DNA from: Perna viridis
Taxonomy: Eukaryota
Direction of reading: 5' to 3'
Assembly: GCA_037379345.1 (NCBI GenBank)
Contig: CM074511.1
Location: 62,130,862 to 62,194,861, forward strand
DNA length: 64,000 bases
Made by a program: the position numbers and the translations under genes. Positions 27,478 to 40,872 of this stretch are shown here, piece after piece. Every line of letters begins with the position of its first letter. The first letter of the stretch is position 1. Below the pieces are notes generated by a model. That model made no database searches and was not told where the DNA came from. It saw only the letters and a list, made by a program, of their open reading frames with translations.

Positions 27478-29601
27478 GTAAGTATCTTTTTTCTTACTTC
27501 GAATATATTTTTTTAAATTTTAACCTTCAATTAAAATTTACTTAATTTATATTAGCTTTTATACATTGCAGTCGTTTATATTTATATGTGAATGCAAATA
27601 AACTGAAAACGCAGACAAACAAAGAATTTATACGTTCTCCAAAAACAAAGGTTAAACTTACACATGTACTTATTCAAGGTAAAAAAAAAAACAAAAGCAA
27701 GTCAAATTTATAAATCTTGATTTAGTATCGATTCTGATTTCCAAACTAGTCCAAAACACTTTCGAACATACAACAAAAGTTCTATGAGTCAACGTGTTTT
27801 GATTCAAATGGCTGTCTTATTGATATTTGCACTCCCATTATTTCTGCTGCATAAGGATGGCTTAAGGACAATGACCTAAGAGGTAAAAGTTGTTAAATGT
27901 GTTTCTCATGAACAAAAAACTATACTAAAGACTTAGACCATTGAATAATGTCTGATACAATGACATTATTATTTGTTATCACAATCATGGCTGATACAAA
28001 GCAAAAGAAAACATGTTACAGAATTCCTACTATCATTGTATTTACTGCAATGTTATGACGATTCAGTCTGATTTACGCGAACATCGTGTACTAAACATGT
28101 TTAATAGTTCTTAGGTCCTGGTTGAAGAGCTGGGCATTTTTCGAATTTTGTCTACCTTATTTTTCTTTGTAAAGCACTTGTAAAAGGACTGTAATTCTAA
28201 CACTATATAAAGGGGGTTTGAAGCCGGAATTATGGGAGACCTCACAATGATCTGGGAATCTTTTCAGTGATTCTAATCCTAATGCGACAGATGGTGTTAT
28301 ATATAATGCAAAAGAGGTTAGTTTTCTGAGATAAGATAATCGCTGCTAATGAAATCATTCAAATACTGGTATTATGTATGAATGCCTCCATTCGTGTGAA
28401 AACTCGTGTAGTAAAGAGTCTTTCACATAAGAAGCAATATATAATGCATAGGCGATCTTATCTCATGATTTCTAATTTGAAAATACAAACAAGCAGCATC
28501 TAAATCATCTTGTTTGTATATATTCGCGCGTGCCTTGAGCAAAGCAGACGATAGGAATGACATGTGATGTAATATATAATGTATTGGCGCTCCTTTTATC
28601 CCGGATACCATCATATAAAAGTACAAATATCATTACTAGTCTCCTTATTAATCATTTATATAAATCTAGTAGCAACATTAGGAGAATAAGCCCCAGGAGG
28701 AAACACACCGAAGAGTCATGCAAAGAAAACAGCGATCTGATTCAAACGTGTTTCGTATGAATACCAAATCTTATAAGCTTAGTCGCCCATAGCATATTTC
28801 GTTTTTAACAAAGTCGCCAAGAATAATAGCCTTTTTATTAATATGAAATAATTTGCATTGAGTTATTCATTCAACTTTAAGCAATTCCGAATATCCCCCA
28901 TTTGCCCCACTAATAGTCAAAATATGTATAGTCAGTCTAGCTCCTCTAACTAATGAATTTCGAATGTCAGATGCTGTTTCGGAGCTTGATAGTCTGTATG
29001 GTTAGGTGCCATTCTAAAGAGAACTAAAGACCTACTTATACACATCTCTGCGAAAAGCATCAGCCACCTGATTCACAAAAACAGTGCTAGATGTTTATAG
29101 AAGAGAACCGCATTTCACAATGATTTTGATCATTCATTTGGGCCTTCAAACACAGAACAAAGTATTTGAGTATTTGAGTGAGTTTTTGAAACATAATGTA
29201 CATTTTTTTCTACGTTTTGACTCTCTCTTTCCTTCAGATAATAAATTCTAAGACATAAATGTTAGCTCCACTTTTAATCTTTCTCTCTGACCTTAAAACA
29301 AGCTCACCAAGGTTAATCGTAAAAAAATTAACATCTGTTTTCTGCATTAATATATCTCGGTATCTGTGGAAATGGAAACGCCATGCCAAGATTATCACGT
29401 GGGCGTTAATTTTCATGTCGTAAACATCTTTCTTCGTTTAAAATGCTTATCAAGTTGTCGTGGTAATAATAACCACTTATACACACGATGAAAGTTCAAT
29501 GCTTACCGAAGGAAGTATTTTGGATTTTTGGTCAATCTAGACATGGTTTTTCAGTGCAAAAAAGCTCGATGCAATAGAAACATGGTTTAGCGGCACTAAA
29601 T

Positions 29602-29938
29602 TCGTGGATCGTTACTGTGTATCCATCTCTACCATAAAACTGATTTGTTCAATGTATCATAGCTTTTCTTTCCTCTTTCGTCTACTCGGACTTGACTTTT
29701 TATGAGCAACTCGGTGGGTGTTTCTTGAAAAGCAGAGGACGCTTACCCTACAGGTGCACCTGGTTCATGCTCCCAGTTTTTAGTGGAGTCCGATTGGCTC
29801 ATTTACTTTTGTTACTTTGTATGTATTATTTTAGTTACTTTATGTCCTTTGTTGTGTTTGTCAGTTTTCCGCGTCTGGTCTTTGTCCCTGGATTACATTC
29901 TTTTGATTTCCACTAGAATATTGGTTCCCTTGATTACT
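29602..29938 (+). mobile_element. Naiad-type PLE 3' fragment
   Basis: Collinear with 47589-47931. Confidence 0.85.
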
Positions 29939-32900
29939 TTTTCATGAAGTCGGAAGTTATAATTTTCGGTAGTTTTACCATGGGCTGTCCTCTGATAAAT
30001 AATAAAACCTTTCTTAACATCGTATATGTATACGAAAAAGAAAACGTAATTTGGGTTTATATTTTATTGTTTGAATTAATATCATTTATTAACATGTAAA
30101 ACATTATTTGATTAGCATAATGATTAACAGCCTATAATTTATTGTTTACTAGTTGTACTATTAAAAACTCTGTATCCTTGTGTAGTCATTTGTTTTGATA
30201 AAGCACCGAACAACGTAGGCGTATTTGGTTAACTTCGTACCGAGTCTGTTGCATTTATTTAAACCAACTTCGACACAGTTTCCAGAGAAGGATATTTTAA
30301 CTGATACTGGAAATGAATGATAGTATAATATACTTTTAAGTTTTCATATTGCTTTGGCATTCAGATGTATTTTCCATTTCACCAATTCTTGACTGGCATG
30401 ATTGTGCAATTTCAAATCATCTCCAGATGATCACAGAGCTTCTAGTGTAAGCAAACATCCAACACATGTATTATGCAAGAATTCGTCATTCGTTGTCCAT
30501 GTAATTGTAGGAAATTCGTTTCTAAAATGAACATTAAAATGTCAATCACTATAATTATAGACAAGAGGAAATAACCATGTAACATTCCGAAAGATTAAAC
30601 AAATGTCATCAATTGCCCTGATACTTATTGTTATGAACTTAATATTACTCTAATTCATGTATAAACTACGCACCGTATAGTGACTGTAGCATGCATAGTT
30701 TCATTAAAAGTCAACCATGTACATTTCTACAGTCTATACAGGATAAGTGTGAAACACGTCTAAATAACAGTGAACCTTTTCCTAATAAGAAAACTTAATT
30801 TGAGAAGTTACACGCTTTCTGACTGACCACATTTCATAATGTGACTGTGACGTCATCAACCTTTGTAATGTTTGGTACTAAAATTAAATTACAGCAAGCA
30901 CAAAGTGAGCTCAACAGCAACGTGTGTGTTCGTGAAAATAACATTCTTGAGATGGTCCGAAGTGATAGCTATCAGCCTAACCAGATTACGTTCAGTAGGC
31001 AGCAGAAACAGCCTTAAAATTGATGTTTGGCAGCAAGAAAATCATGAAATTTCACTCATTGGGATCAATAAACAAAAATAGATCAGAAGTCATATTTATC
31101 ATTGAAAATATACAGTCGTTTTCAATGCATTCCTTTAATTTTCCCTGCGTCATGAAATCAGAAACCTATGAAATATTCATTAAAAAATTCGGGAAGGGTT
31201 GCGTGCACTTGTAAACGCATCTCCCTTCGCTGTTCCACTTGCTGTTAAAGAATATTACCCGCCTTTGAAAAAATATAGCCCCGACTGTATAATTCAAATC
31301 GAAGCATAGCTTTTCTAAAATAGGGAAGGCAATCATATTTGGAATTTCTGTAAAGCCGTCAGTTGCGTTTACGTCACAAGTTATGTGTAAAATATTCCCA
31401 CCATCTGTGGGGAACTGTTATCATTCCGGACTTTATTCATATTCTGAATTGGACCAGCTTAATCTTAAAATGATATAGCCGGAGCTTCCGCTAAAAGTAA
31501 GGACTCAAAAATGTTGAATCTCTTGGTGCTCGCTTCTATAGGCGATATATATGCCTACACCATATGAAGGATTGACTGTTATATTCTTCCTGACGGTCCA
31601 TTTGAAATAACCTCAATGTCCATGATACATACTTAAAAATAACTTGCTTATTTATTTAGTGTCCACCACTAAGATTAAGTTAACCATGTCAAAATAAGAG
31701 TACTTAGTGACTGGTACAAACCAGTATTCAAGTTTCAGAAAGCAAGAAACGAAGTATATATATAAGATATAAATACACTCCTGGATGACCGATTGGCTAA
31801 GCGTCTACCAAACATGAGATGCATTTTGTTACATTTGTGAACATCAGAATGATGCGTTACAAATCTTGTATTTGACAATATGAAATGGTTGTGATTATAT
31901 ATTTAAATGTAGATTTTAAATTCACACTCATGGCTTTTCGTCTAACATGTTATTAAGATTACCCCGGTGCTTGCGTGTGTGATACCTTTACCAAAATTCT
32001 CGAAACAGAATTTCCTGACGTATGCACATCTTTATAAACTAATCTAAGGGTGCACTATACATTTATATTAAGGCGCACTGTTTCGCACACCAAGTTACCC
32101 CGGTCAAATGTTGTAAAATTTAAAATTAAAAGTAGAAATTTGGTGGTTATATTGTTTAAATGTAGTTAAGCATTTATACATAGACCGATGTAATATATAT
32201 AACAGGTGTAGGAAGAATGGTATCCGGAACGTTTCAGTCCCCTGCCGTATTAGGTTCTCTCCTTATCATCAGATGGCTGATTTTTAAAAACCTTATTTCG
32301 CACGAACGTTTGGAACTAAAATTGTGAGAGAATGAATCGAAAAGGGTCTTCTTATTTTTACCCTATTTCCAACTACTCCATGCATGCTTTCATCCTGTGG
32401 TAGTGTCTAAGTGCCTGATATTTTGTAAAACATAGTAATTGCCTAAAAACTCAGTAATATTTGTTTCAGTATGTTACCATGGCGACTGGATTTTATAACA
32501 ATAATCACTAAATTACTGATAAATGACTTGAACCTCCACACACCAAGGATTTCAAAAATATGCACTTTTTTATGACAAAACACTAGAAATTTCTTTGCGG
32601 ACTGCCTCAAAACAGCTTTACTTCAACAAAGTGGGACCAAATATTCAGTAGTGACCTAACTGTATTGTACTACCTAAAACTGGAATAAATCATGAATATC
32701 CAGCAATTGAAATAGAAAGCGTAGCAGACAACGTTTTGTTGGACAGCAAACAGGTCTATAGCCATATGTAGTCATGGCAACCACGTCTCTATTAAGTGTT
32801 CCAACATGGAGAGTCCAGCTAGTAATAAAGAACGAGTTGTGGACATACAGACAGACGTTACCCTTAGTACCCAAAATTTTGGTTTTGGGGGATAAAGAAG

Positions 32901-34189
32901 TTGCAAACTGGTAACAATGATCCTTTTCAAGCTTTAGACTACATATCATGTATTTATCTCTGTCGATTGTTAACAGAAAATCCTTAGACATTTGCTAGAC
33001 TTCCTTTTACCCCAACATAAAGTAATCGATGTGAAAAGAACTCATGAACATGTCTGTCGGATCAATCCGAAAGTCGTGTCCTTTTGTTACGCGGGATTTC
33101 ATTTATGACCTATGAAGTTTTAATAGCTTCTTTAAGTAAATAAAATGGCTTAAAAACAACTGAAACTAAATCAGTCTCTTAAATGTTAGCTTTTTGGGGA
33201 GAGTTCTGCGGGTCGGCATCGTATAACACTGACATGAAGGATTGGTTGTGAAAATCAATACTTTATGTCGTCTAATTATTTGCTAAAACTGGAACAAAAC
33301 ATGACCATTTTTCACAGCATCAAAATTTAAAAAATGCACGAACTCTGCACGAGCTTAATCACAGTGACTCATGATTCTGGCAAGTCATGTAGGTTTGCAG
33401 ACAATACTAGTCATTAATGCAATTTTGATAATAGAATTATGTAATAATATAGTTTTATCGTCGCCTATCACGAAACAGTAACAATCTTCTGCATTGTGAT
33501 ATTGTAGCATGTAAATTGTCTGGAAGTTCAACAGTATTCTCTCTGTTTTTTTAACTTTCAGATCCCCAGTAGCTTATAAATTGAGAATGCGATGTTGATG
33601 CCATATAATATTCACTTTGGCATACTTGGGCATTTTTTATAATTACATCTGTCCGTGTTTTTATGAAATCGGGTGTGATATTAGTTGAATAATTATAACA
33701 AAACGAATAACCAAAACCATCAGGATAAAGACCTGATTTCTGAAAAGAACCAGTGACATTTAACAAATGTCTTTTACAAATGTCACTGCCAAGAAGTAGC
33801 TATATTTACTTCATGTGCGGAATCCTTATGACATTTTATGGACTCGACAGCTGCGAAAGGTGATAACCTGCAGTTGTTTCCAGAGATAGGGATGGTAGAT
33901 ACTTAAGACTTTGGTGTTGGTTATATGCCATGGACTGAAAATACATTTGTTGACATATGATGATCAATTTCTTTAAAATACGTATTATTCCGAAGTAGGA
34001 TATCAGCAGCATGATTAAAAGACATCTTTACATTGTATCGTGTAACAGTATAAATATGATATTCTCTGACCTTTCCGATATTGCTGAAAATTTATGCCTT
34101 GCTTTGACATGAAATATCTGACATTAATATATATGAATAATTACATTTACTGTGCATATAAAAATACGCCAATCTCATTGGATTATCGG

Positions 34190-34365
34190 TATCGTGTAGT
34201 GGTATAGGTAAAGGCAAGAACGTGAAGGAAAATGTCTATTCAGGTCAACATTGTATTTCGAAGAAGGCGTAAAGTTCCGTCAAGCACTTATGACGTTACA
34301 TGGTTACAATAAAGCGCGGTACATACTGTACGTCGTCTATGTGCGGTACTGTGTAGTTCTCGACA
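34190..34365 (-). repeat. 3' LTR (176 bp)
   Basis: Direct repeat of 38870-39042 with 5 substitutions and one 3-bp indel by eye. Confidence 0.93.
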
Positions 34366-34527
34366 TTCTGGGGGCCGCGCGAAAGTTAAATGAAAAGAAA
34401 TAAAGAAAAATCAAATTACTGAAAGAAAGTCAAGAATAAATGAATGTTCATGAATAATAAAGCGCGGAATTAACTGTCTCTGCACAATTTTAAATTTCAC
34501 TTTGAAAGTTTTTAATGAAACGTTTTA

Positions 34528-35900
34528 TTATTTCGCATTTGTCCATCTTTTAATCTTATCAACAGCAACAGTTTTTGCTTTGCGAACATGATTTTTTGAA
34601 CAGTCCATTTCACAATTATCGACATTTGAGTTTCTATTTGATGTCATCTCTAACGGATACAGTTTCGTGACAGGACGTGACGTAAGTCCATTTTTGGTAC
34701 GTATAACTGCTGATCTCGCTATTCTGTCTCCTCCTGTGTTGAGCTTGTTTACCACGGCTAGTGTCCATTTGGTCATGAGTGTATCGTCATAAACTTGTAC
34801 AACATCGCCGGTTTTTATAGTTTGTTCGTTATTCCCTGTGTTCTGCTGATATTCTCGTAGAAATGTCATATATTCGTGTCTCCATTTACACCAGAATTGT
34901 TGTATGATGTTTGATTTGAATTTTGATAGTTTGTTCACAGATTCATGAGTCATGATATGCGGTGAGTTTGTAAAGTCTTTATTCTCCAGGTAGGGAAGGG
35001 AAGTTATTCTTCGCCCGTAAAGTACGTGAGCTGAAGTAAGTGGTTCTTCGTCTAACGGATCGGATGAAACGTATGTGAATGGTCGGTCATTTAGTACAGT
35101 CTCAACTTCGGTAACAATTGTCGTTAGTAGTTCTAAGCTGATAAGTAAGCGTCCTAACGTTTTCTTTATGCATTTTTTGTAAGACCTATCAGCATCTCCC
35201 ACCAGCCGCGATACCATGGAGCTCCTTAGGTATAAATTTCCAAGTTGTTCCGTAATTGTTGAGTTGGTCTACAAGTAATGGCGATCGTGTATCGTGTAAG
35301 TTCTTCGATCTGTTTTGCGACGGCTGAAAATTTTGTGGCAGTATCAGAAATCAGTTTTGGGCAGTGATATTCTACTTACGATTCTACGGAACGCCAAGAT
35401 AAACATGTTTTAGCTTAAACCAGTCATCACTTCCAATTAAACGGCCCGTGTTCTGGCACAGGTGAATAGACAAATATATACCTTTTTGATTTCTCAATTC
35501 TTGTTTTAAACATTTAACGCACCTGTGAAATCCACACCTGTTACAGTAAATGGCGGTTCTTCGCTCAGTCTATCTTTCTGAAGTGGTGGAGGATTGGGTG
35601 CCGAATAGTGTCGGCTTATAATTTTATTGCATTTCACGCATTTACGTATGACACTTTTAACAACTTGTTGTGTCGCAGGTATCCAATAACTTTGATGAAG
35701 TAACGTTACAGTACTCAATATTCCTGAATGAAGATGAGAAACATGTGCGTCCATGACAATGAGTTGTGTAAGCTTCTTTTCCTTGAAGTAACAATGGAAA
35801 TTTTTCACACTCATCTATTTGTGCATTATGGATGCGTCCTTCACATCGAATCAAGTTGTCCTTATCAATGTACAGCTTAAGTTGTTTTATAAGATTGGTC
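34528..35900 (-). pseudogene. BEL/Pao integrase, frameshifted
   Basis: ORFs 35657-35854, 35506-35814 (H-x4-H...CVKC, PFTVTGVDF) and 34528-35217. Confidence 0.9.
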
Positions 35901-36079
35901 CTTTTGTTCCCATCTTTTTGTAGATCACTAATAACATTGGGAAAATGTTTGGTTTGAGAATCTGTTATCCAAGCTACTGAGCGGTTTGAATTTCATTTGT
36001 TTTCAACGTTCCAGTTTGTTTCTCGGCTGATCTACAATTCTTAATGAATCTTATAACATAGGCAGTTACTTTCAACAGC

Positions 36080-36226
36080 AATCAAACTTTGTCGACCCCA
36101 TTGTCCTTATGTCCCATCCCTTTTTCATTTCATCATCATTTCATGTTCATTTTATCATCAATTTCATGCTCATCGTCTGAATATAGCTGAAATATTGCTG
36201 CTCGGACGTTAAACCCCAACAAACAA
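36080..36226 (+). mobile_element. 5'-truncated non-tRNA SINE nested in BEL
   Basis: Matches the 3' third of the 46958-47476 element. Probable TSD TCAAC(A/G)GC at 36072-36079 and 36227-36234. Confidence 0.85.
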
Positions 36227-36332
36227 TCAACGGCTTTTTAAACGAATCAAATCTGTTAATATCAATGGTCTTAGAGAGTCCTTGTTTATCCGTGTTATCC
36301 GTCGTCATTGTACACGTGTATGTATTGATACA

Positions 36333-36477
36333 TTGCTCATTTGCTTTTGTTACTTTGTATGTATGATTTTAGTTACTTTATGTTCTTTGTTGCGTATATC
36401 TGTTTTCCATGTCTGGTCTTTGTCCCTGGATTACATTCTCTTGATTACCGCTATAACCTTGGTTCCCTTGATTACTC
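36333..36477 (+). mobile_element. Naiad-type PLE extreme 3' fragment nested in BEL
   Basis: Runs from TTGCTCAT to CCCTTGATTACTC, collinear with 47784-47931. Confidence 0.85.
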
Positions 36478-36669
36478 TTTCTGACTCGGTAACAGTTGAC
36501 AATATGAGGTTTTCATCTTTCCTCCATTTTAGCCATTTGTCTTCATCAATGAGCCAACTAGGACCGCCCATCCATAGTTTGCTCTCTTTGTATTTTTCTG
36601 CTGAAATTCCTCTCGATAACAAATCGGCCGGATTACAATCAGTTAGACAATAATTCTACATACATTTGT

Positions 36670-38846
36670 TTACTTAAACGCCTAACTACATTCCTAGTCC
36701 TTTGCATAGCAATTGTCGTATTTACCGGTAATGGAGGGTGGTCGGTTTTCCATGGTAACTTAGCATGGTAACGGTTGTCACGGCAGGCTATAGAATTTTC
36801 GTAATTTACTAGGAAGTGTTCATGTTCTGTATTTGTTTTCTATGTCTCGATACCAATGTTTTCGATTTCCCAGAACTTTTCTAAATAGTATTCTTCTACC
36901 TTGTGAGATACCATAACATTCAGCATTTAACTTGTTTGTTTGATGTTATGAGACCAGACATAGGATAACCAATCTTTGACTCAACTGCAGTTAGACCATT
37001 GCCTCTGATAATACGGTCTCCGACGATGTTCCAATAGTGGTCAGCCCCTATCAGTAAGTTTATTTCGAACCTATCATCGCTAGTCACTGGGTGCGCTAAT
37101 TTCAGTGCGCGTATATGTTTTAGTTCAGTGACAGAGTTAACATGGGTCCGTATTGGTACGGCAATTTCTGGTATTACAAGTACATTGAGCGGATCGATAT
37201 TTCGATATTTGCTGATCTCAGGTGTCTTATTTGTCTGTTTTCTTCGCCAAATCAATTGATATGGACCACCTCGTTTCTGGTTGAACATAGCTGTAACTTT
37301 TCGGCAACTGATTCTGTGATGAATGATCTCTGTGCCGCTTCATCGTACAAAATATTAGCTTCTGTAGTATACTTTTCTGAGCGCACGTTGGCAATTGCAG
37401 TTTTCAACAATACATTTGAAGCTTTGTGTGTTAGAGATGAATGTAAAACTATATTACTTTTCTCGCCCGTGCAAGGTTTACTCGATTCATCAGACTTGCG
37501 ATTTATTTTATTAGTGCATAAACTTGTGTGGTGGCGCTTGTTACACTTTTTACAATTGCTCGACGATTTACAGTCCGCTAAACTCTGATGGCCAAGGTAG
37601 TTGAAACACAATCTATCCTTTTTAACAACAGTCATGCAATCTTCAGAGGATGTGACTTTGGTACAGTTTACGGCGAAGTGCCCAGTTTCATGGCAAAATA
37701 AACATGACTTAGTATTGCGATTCAATATTGATCCGGACTTATCATTTCTACTGAAATTTTAGGACGGGTTTTCGTGTTCGTCAAAAATGCAGCTGTGGCG
37801 TGCGGGCTTTCGATTTTTTCCGGAAGTTTCACGGCTTCCATGATATTTAATTCACTCAGTAGCGCCCTACGTAACTCGTTTATAGTCCAGTTTGTGGATT
37901 TATGTTCTCTGGCTAAATGCTCACGGATTTTTATAGGTAATTTGTTCAAAATAATTGGAACTAGTAATGATCCGTAAATTTCATCAGTCTGCCCAAGAGA
38001 TTCTAGGCCACGTACATATGTTTCGGTCTTATCGTAATAATTACGGAGGCTAGCTAAGGAATATATCGGCGCTGGAATATCGAGTAAGGCCTGCATGTAG
38101 GTTTGTATGATCTTGTGAACCCGTCCGTATCTCTCTTGTAACAGTGAAATTGCTTTAGCGTAATTTGTATTGGTCATCGAAAACCCGGCAATGGTTTGTA
38201 ATGCCTCATTGCGTAGTAGGGACTTTAGGTAGTTAAATTTCTGAACATCGCTCAATGTGGGATTTGTGTGGACAAAAGTTTCGTAGGAATCCCAGGAAAG
38301 CTGCCAGTCTAATATGTCTCCTTCAAATATGGGTAAATTCAATTTTGGATGTTTGTGATAGTCACTGCGTGCACTGTATGTTGACGAAGACTGAAGATTT
38401 GGGACTTGCATGGGTGGATTAGTGAAGTAACTAGAGGTTGAAGCTACAGTAGGTTGTACACTTTGATGCATAAAGATATGAGCATTTGGATTCAAAGGAG
38501 TAGCTTTGTGAGTTGCAGGTAGACTTGTGGGTTTATTCGTACATGCTGTTTCACTAGCGTCTGCTAAATTTTGAATTTGACGAAGTTTAAAGTCTAAATC
38601 GTACATATACTCATCTGAGTCTTGTATTTTGTCTGCTATTTCTTCTTCTTTTGTCTGTTCCAAAATCTTCTCGTTGAGGTCTGCAAGAATTTTTTGCTTC
38701 TGTTTAACAGTTTCCAGCAGGGTTGAAATCTCAACAGCATCCGCCTCGGTCGACTCCGTGGTCTGTCGAATATCGTCAAATTTTCCTAGGAGTCTCGTAA
38801 CAGCTCTTTTATGTCCGGCTCGTACAGCTTTCAGCTTTTCCATCAT
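36670..38846 (-). pseudogene. BEL/Pao gag and protease, frameshifted
   Basis: ORF 37722-38897 (likely start MM at 38846; PKLNLPIFEGD, QKFNYLKSLL), 37252-37725 (CxxC-H-C knuckles) and 36920-37288 (LLIGADHYW). Confidence 0.9.
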
Positions 38847-38856
38847 TTGTATCCTT

Positions 38857-38868
38857 GTCACGGCACCA
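38857..38868 (-). promoter_or_regulatory. Primer-binding site, tRNA-His
   Basis: TGGTGCCGTGAC lies 1 nt inside the 5' LTR boundary and is complementary to the eukaryotic tRNA-His 3' end. Confidence 0.85.
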
Positions 38869-38869
38869 A

Positions 38870-39042
38870 TATCGTGTAGTGGTATAGGTAAAGGCAAGAA
38901 CGTGAAGGAAAACGTCTATTCAGATCAACATTGTATTTCGAGAAAGGCGTAAAGTTCCGTCAAGCACTTATGACGTTACATGGTTACAATAAAGCGCGGT
39001 ACATACTGTACGTCGTCTATGTGCGGTGTGGAGTTCTCGACA
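38870..39042 (-). repeat. 5' LTR (173 bp)
   Basis: Reads TGTCG...CGATA on the minus strand and is followed by the PBS. Confidence 0.93.
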
Positions 39043-40226
39043 GACGCTTTATAAATGATGTTGAATGAGTCGATGTAACACAACTTCTAACTATAAAGGC
39101 CTCGCCTTCAATAATTATGACTGGACTCCTTTTTAGCGTTCATGTAAAAAAATGTGCGACCGGTCAATGCTTTTACATGCCGATGAAATTCTAAATATAG
39201 ATCTGTTGTGTTTTGTAAATGACCTGAGATAGGAAGAAAATGAAGGGATTGCTCCCATGTCAAACTTTAAGTTACGTTAATTTTGGCGATCCGGACGACA
39301 TTTTATTGCATTTGGAGTGGGGAATTAAATGGGAAATTGCGGGATGATCTTCTTTCATGTGGTGATCTAGTATACCACTTTCAACTGCAGGCAGTGTGTG
39401 TATAATATCATTCAAAGGATGTAAATTATCACGTTGAAAAAAGAACGCTCCAAATCATGATTCAACGGACAAATGATATTACAGTACAGTAATATAAAGG
39501 TTTTTCTCGTACATATAATGTAATGAGAATGGGTAAGATGAACATGTCAAAGAGATAACAACACAACCGGTATAAAAAAAAAATGACAGCTCAAGGCCAT
39601 CCATGGGTCTTTAATGAACGACGAGGAAACCCTCACACCACAGGGCAATCTAAAACAAAATTTTACACAGGTACAGCGAAATAGTTGCCCCTATATGCCC
39701 CAGCAACATAAAAGTAAACTGAAAGTGAAAACGAAACAATACATACAGAGACCAGAAATTCCTGACTTGAAACAGGCGCAAAAATGCGGCGAGGTTAAAG
39801 AACTTTAGTATGAAATCTGGCGACCGTGGAAAAATATTACACATTTAAACACACCTAAAATCCAGTTCAAAAAGGCCTGAGTCCCTTGTTAAAACAGAAA
39901 TAAAGAAACTGATTATACGTTACATTAATACACACACAAAGGATAACTAGCAATTAACTGACATACCAGCTCCAGATCAGTTTAAACCTACAAATAGTTA
40001 TGTCCTCATCGTAAGTAATATTAATCCAAATTCTTCCCATGCGGCGTTGAAAATCACGGTACATAGTCATACGATAAGGAAACAATCCATGTCTTTCCGA
40101 AAACTGCTTTTAAATATAATGTGTTTGGTTAAATGTATTAAGACCCTAAGAGCGAATATATGCTAATACAAAAAATTATATCTTTAACGATTTGACAACA
40201 ATATCATAACTATGTCTCTTAAGAAT

Positions 40227-40872
40227 CTGTGATCCTTTCCACAAAAAATCGTAAGTGTAAAATTAATCGTAAGTTATGACGTCATAGTAAATAAAAGTAT
40301 TGTGACGTCATAACTTACGACTAATTTGACTCTTACGATTTTTTGTGAAAATGTTTGTTTGTTGGGGTTTAACGTCTGAGCAGCAATACTTCAGCTATAT
40401 TCAGACAATGAACATAAAATGGATGATAAAATGAACATGAAATGATAAAAAAAAGGATGGGTCACAAGGATAATAGGGTCGACAAATTTTGATTGCCACT
40501 GGAAAAAGGGGGATGGGTAAGGTCGGGCAATTTAGCCTCCTGTGGCGGAGCGCAAAGGTTCCTACTCCTATCGAATACCACAGCAGGGTTCTTTAACGTG
40601 CGAGGAACGTGGCATCTTTCCCAACACGGTGCACCACTATGGTTTGCGGTCAGGTTTTCCGTATTATAGCCAGACAACCCCAGCATGCAACATGCCAGGG
40701 GTACCCCATTCCACCACCTGGGGCACACATCCCAGTTGCTCTGTGGACAGAGCGCCTAGCCCCCGGCTAGGTTTCTGAGCACTATTTAGTCGCCTTTTAC
40801 AACAAGCTTAGCGCTGCTGCAGGCCTATTCTTTTAACACCCGGACCTGCACGGGGCTTGAAAAGGACTACAG
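40227..40872. mobile_element. ~135-bp foldback MITE split by a SINE insertion
   Basis: Arm 40227-40288 is the reverse complement of 40299-40351 plus 40864-40872, with a few mismatches. Confidence 0.8.
40352..40857 (-). mobile_element. Full-length non-tRNA SINE-like element, copy B
   Basis: Roughly 90% identical to 46958-47476, with a (CAAA)n tail. TSD TGAAAA at 40346-40351 and 40858-40863. Confidence 0.9.

Larger units (their letters stand above)
34190..39042 (-). mobile_element. BEL/Pao LTR retrotransposon, internally deleted and decayed
   Basis: Two ~175-bp LTRs, a tRNA-His PBS, Pao-type gag, Zn knuckles, protease (ILYDEAAQRSF), NPADLLSRG-like motif and integrase (GVDFTG, LNDRP, RPVTKLYPLE). 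Confidence 0.93.
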
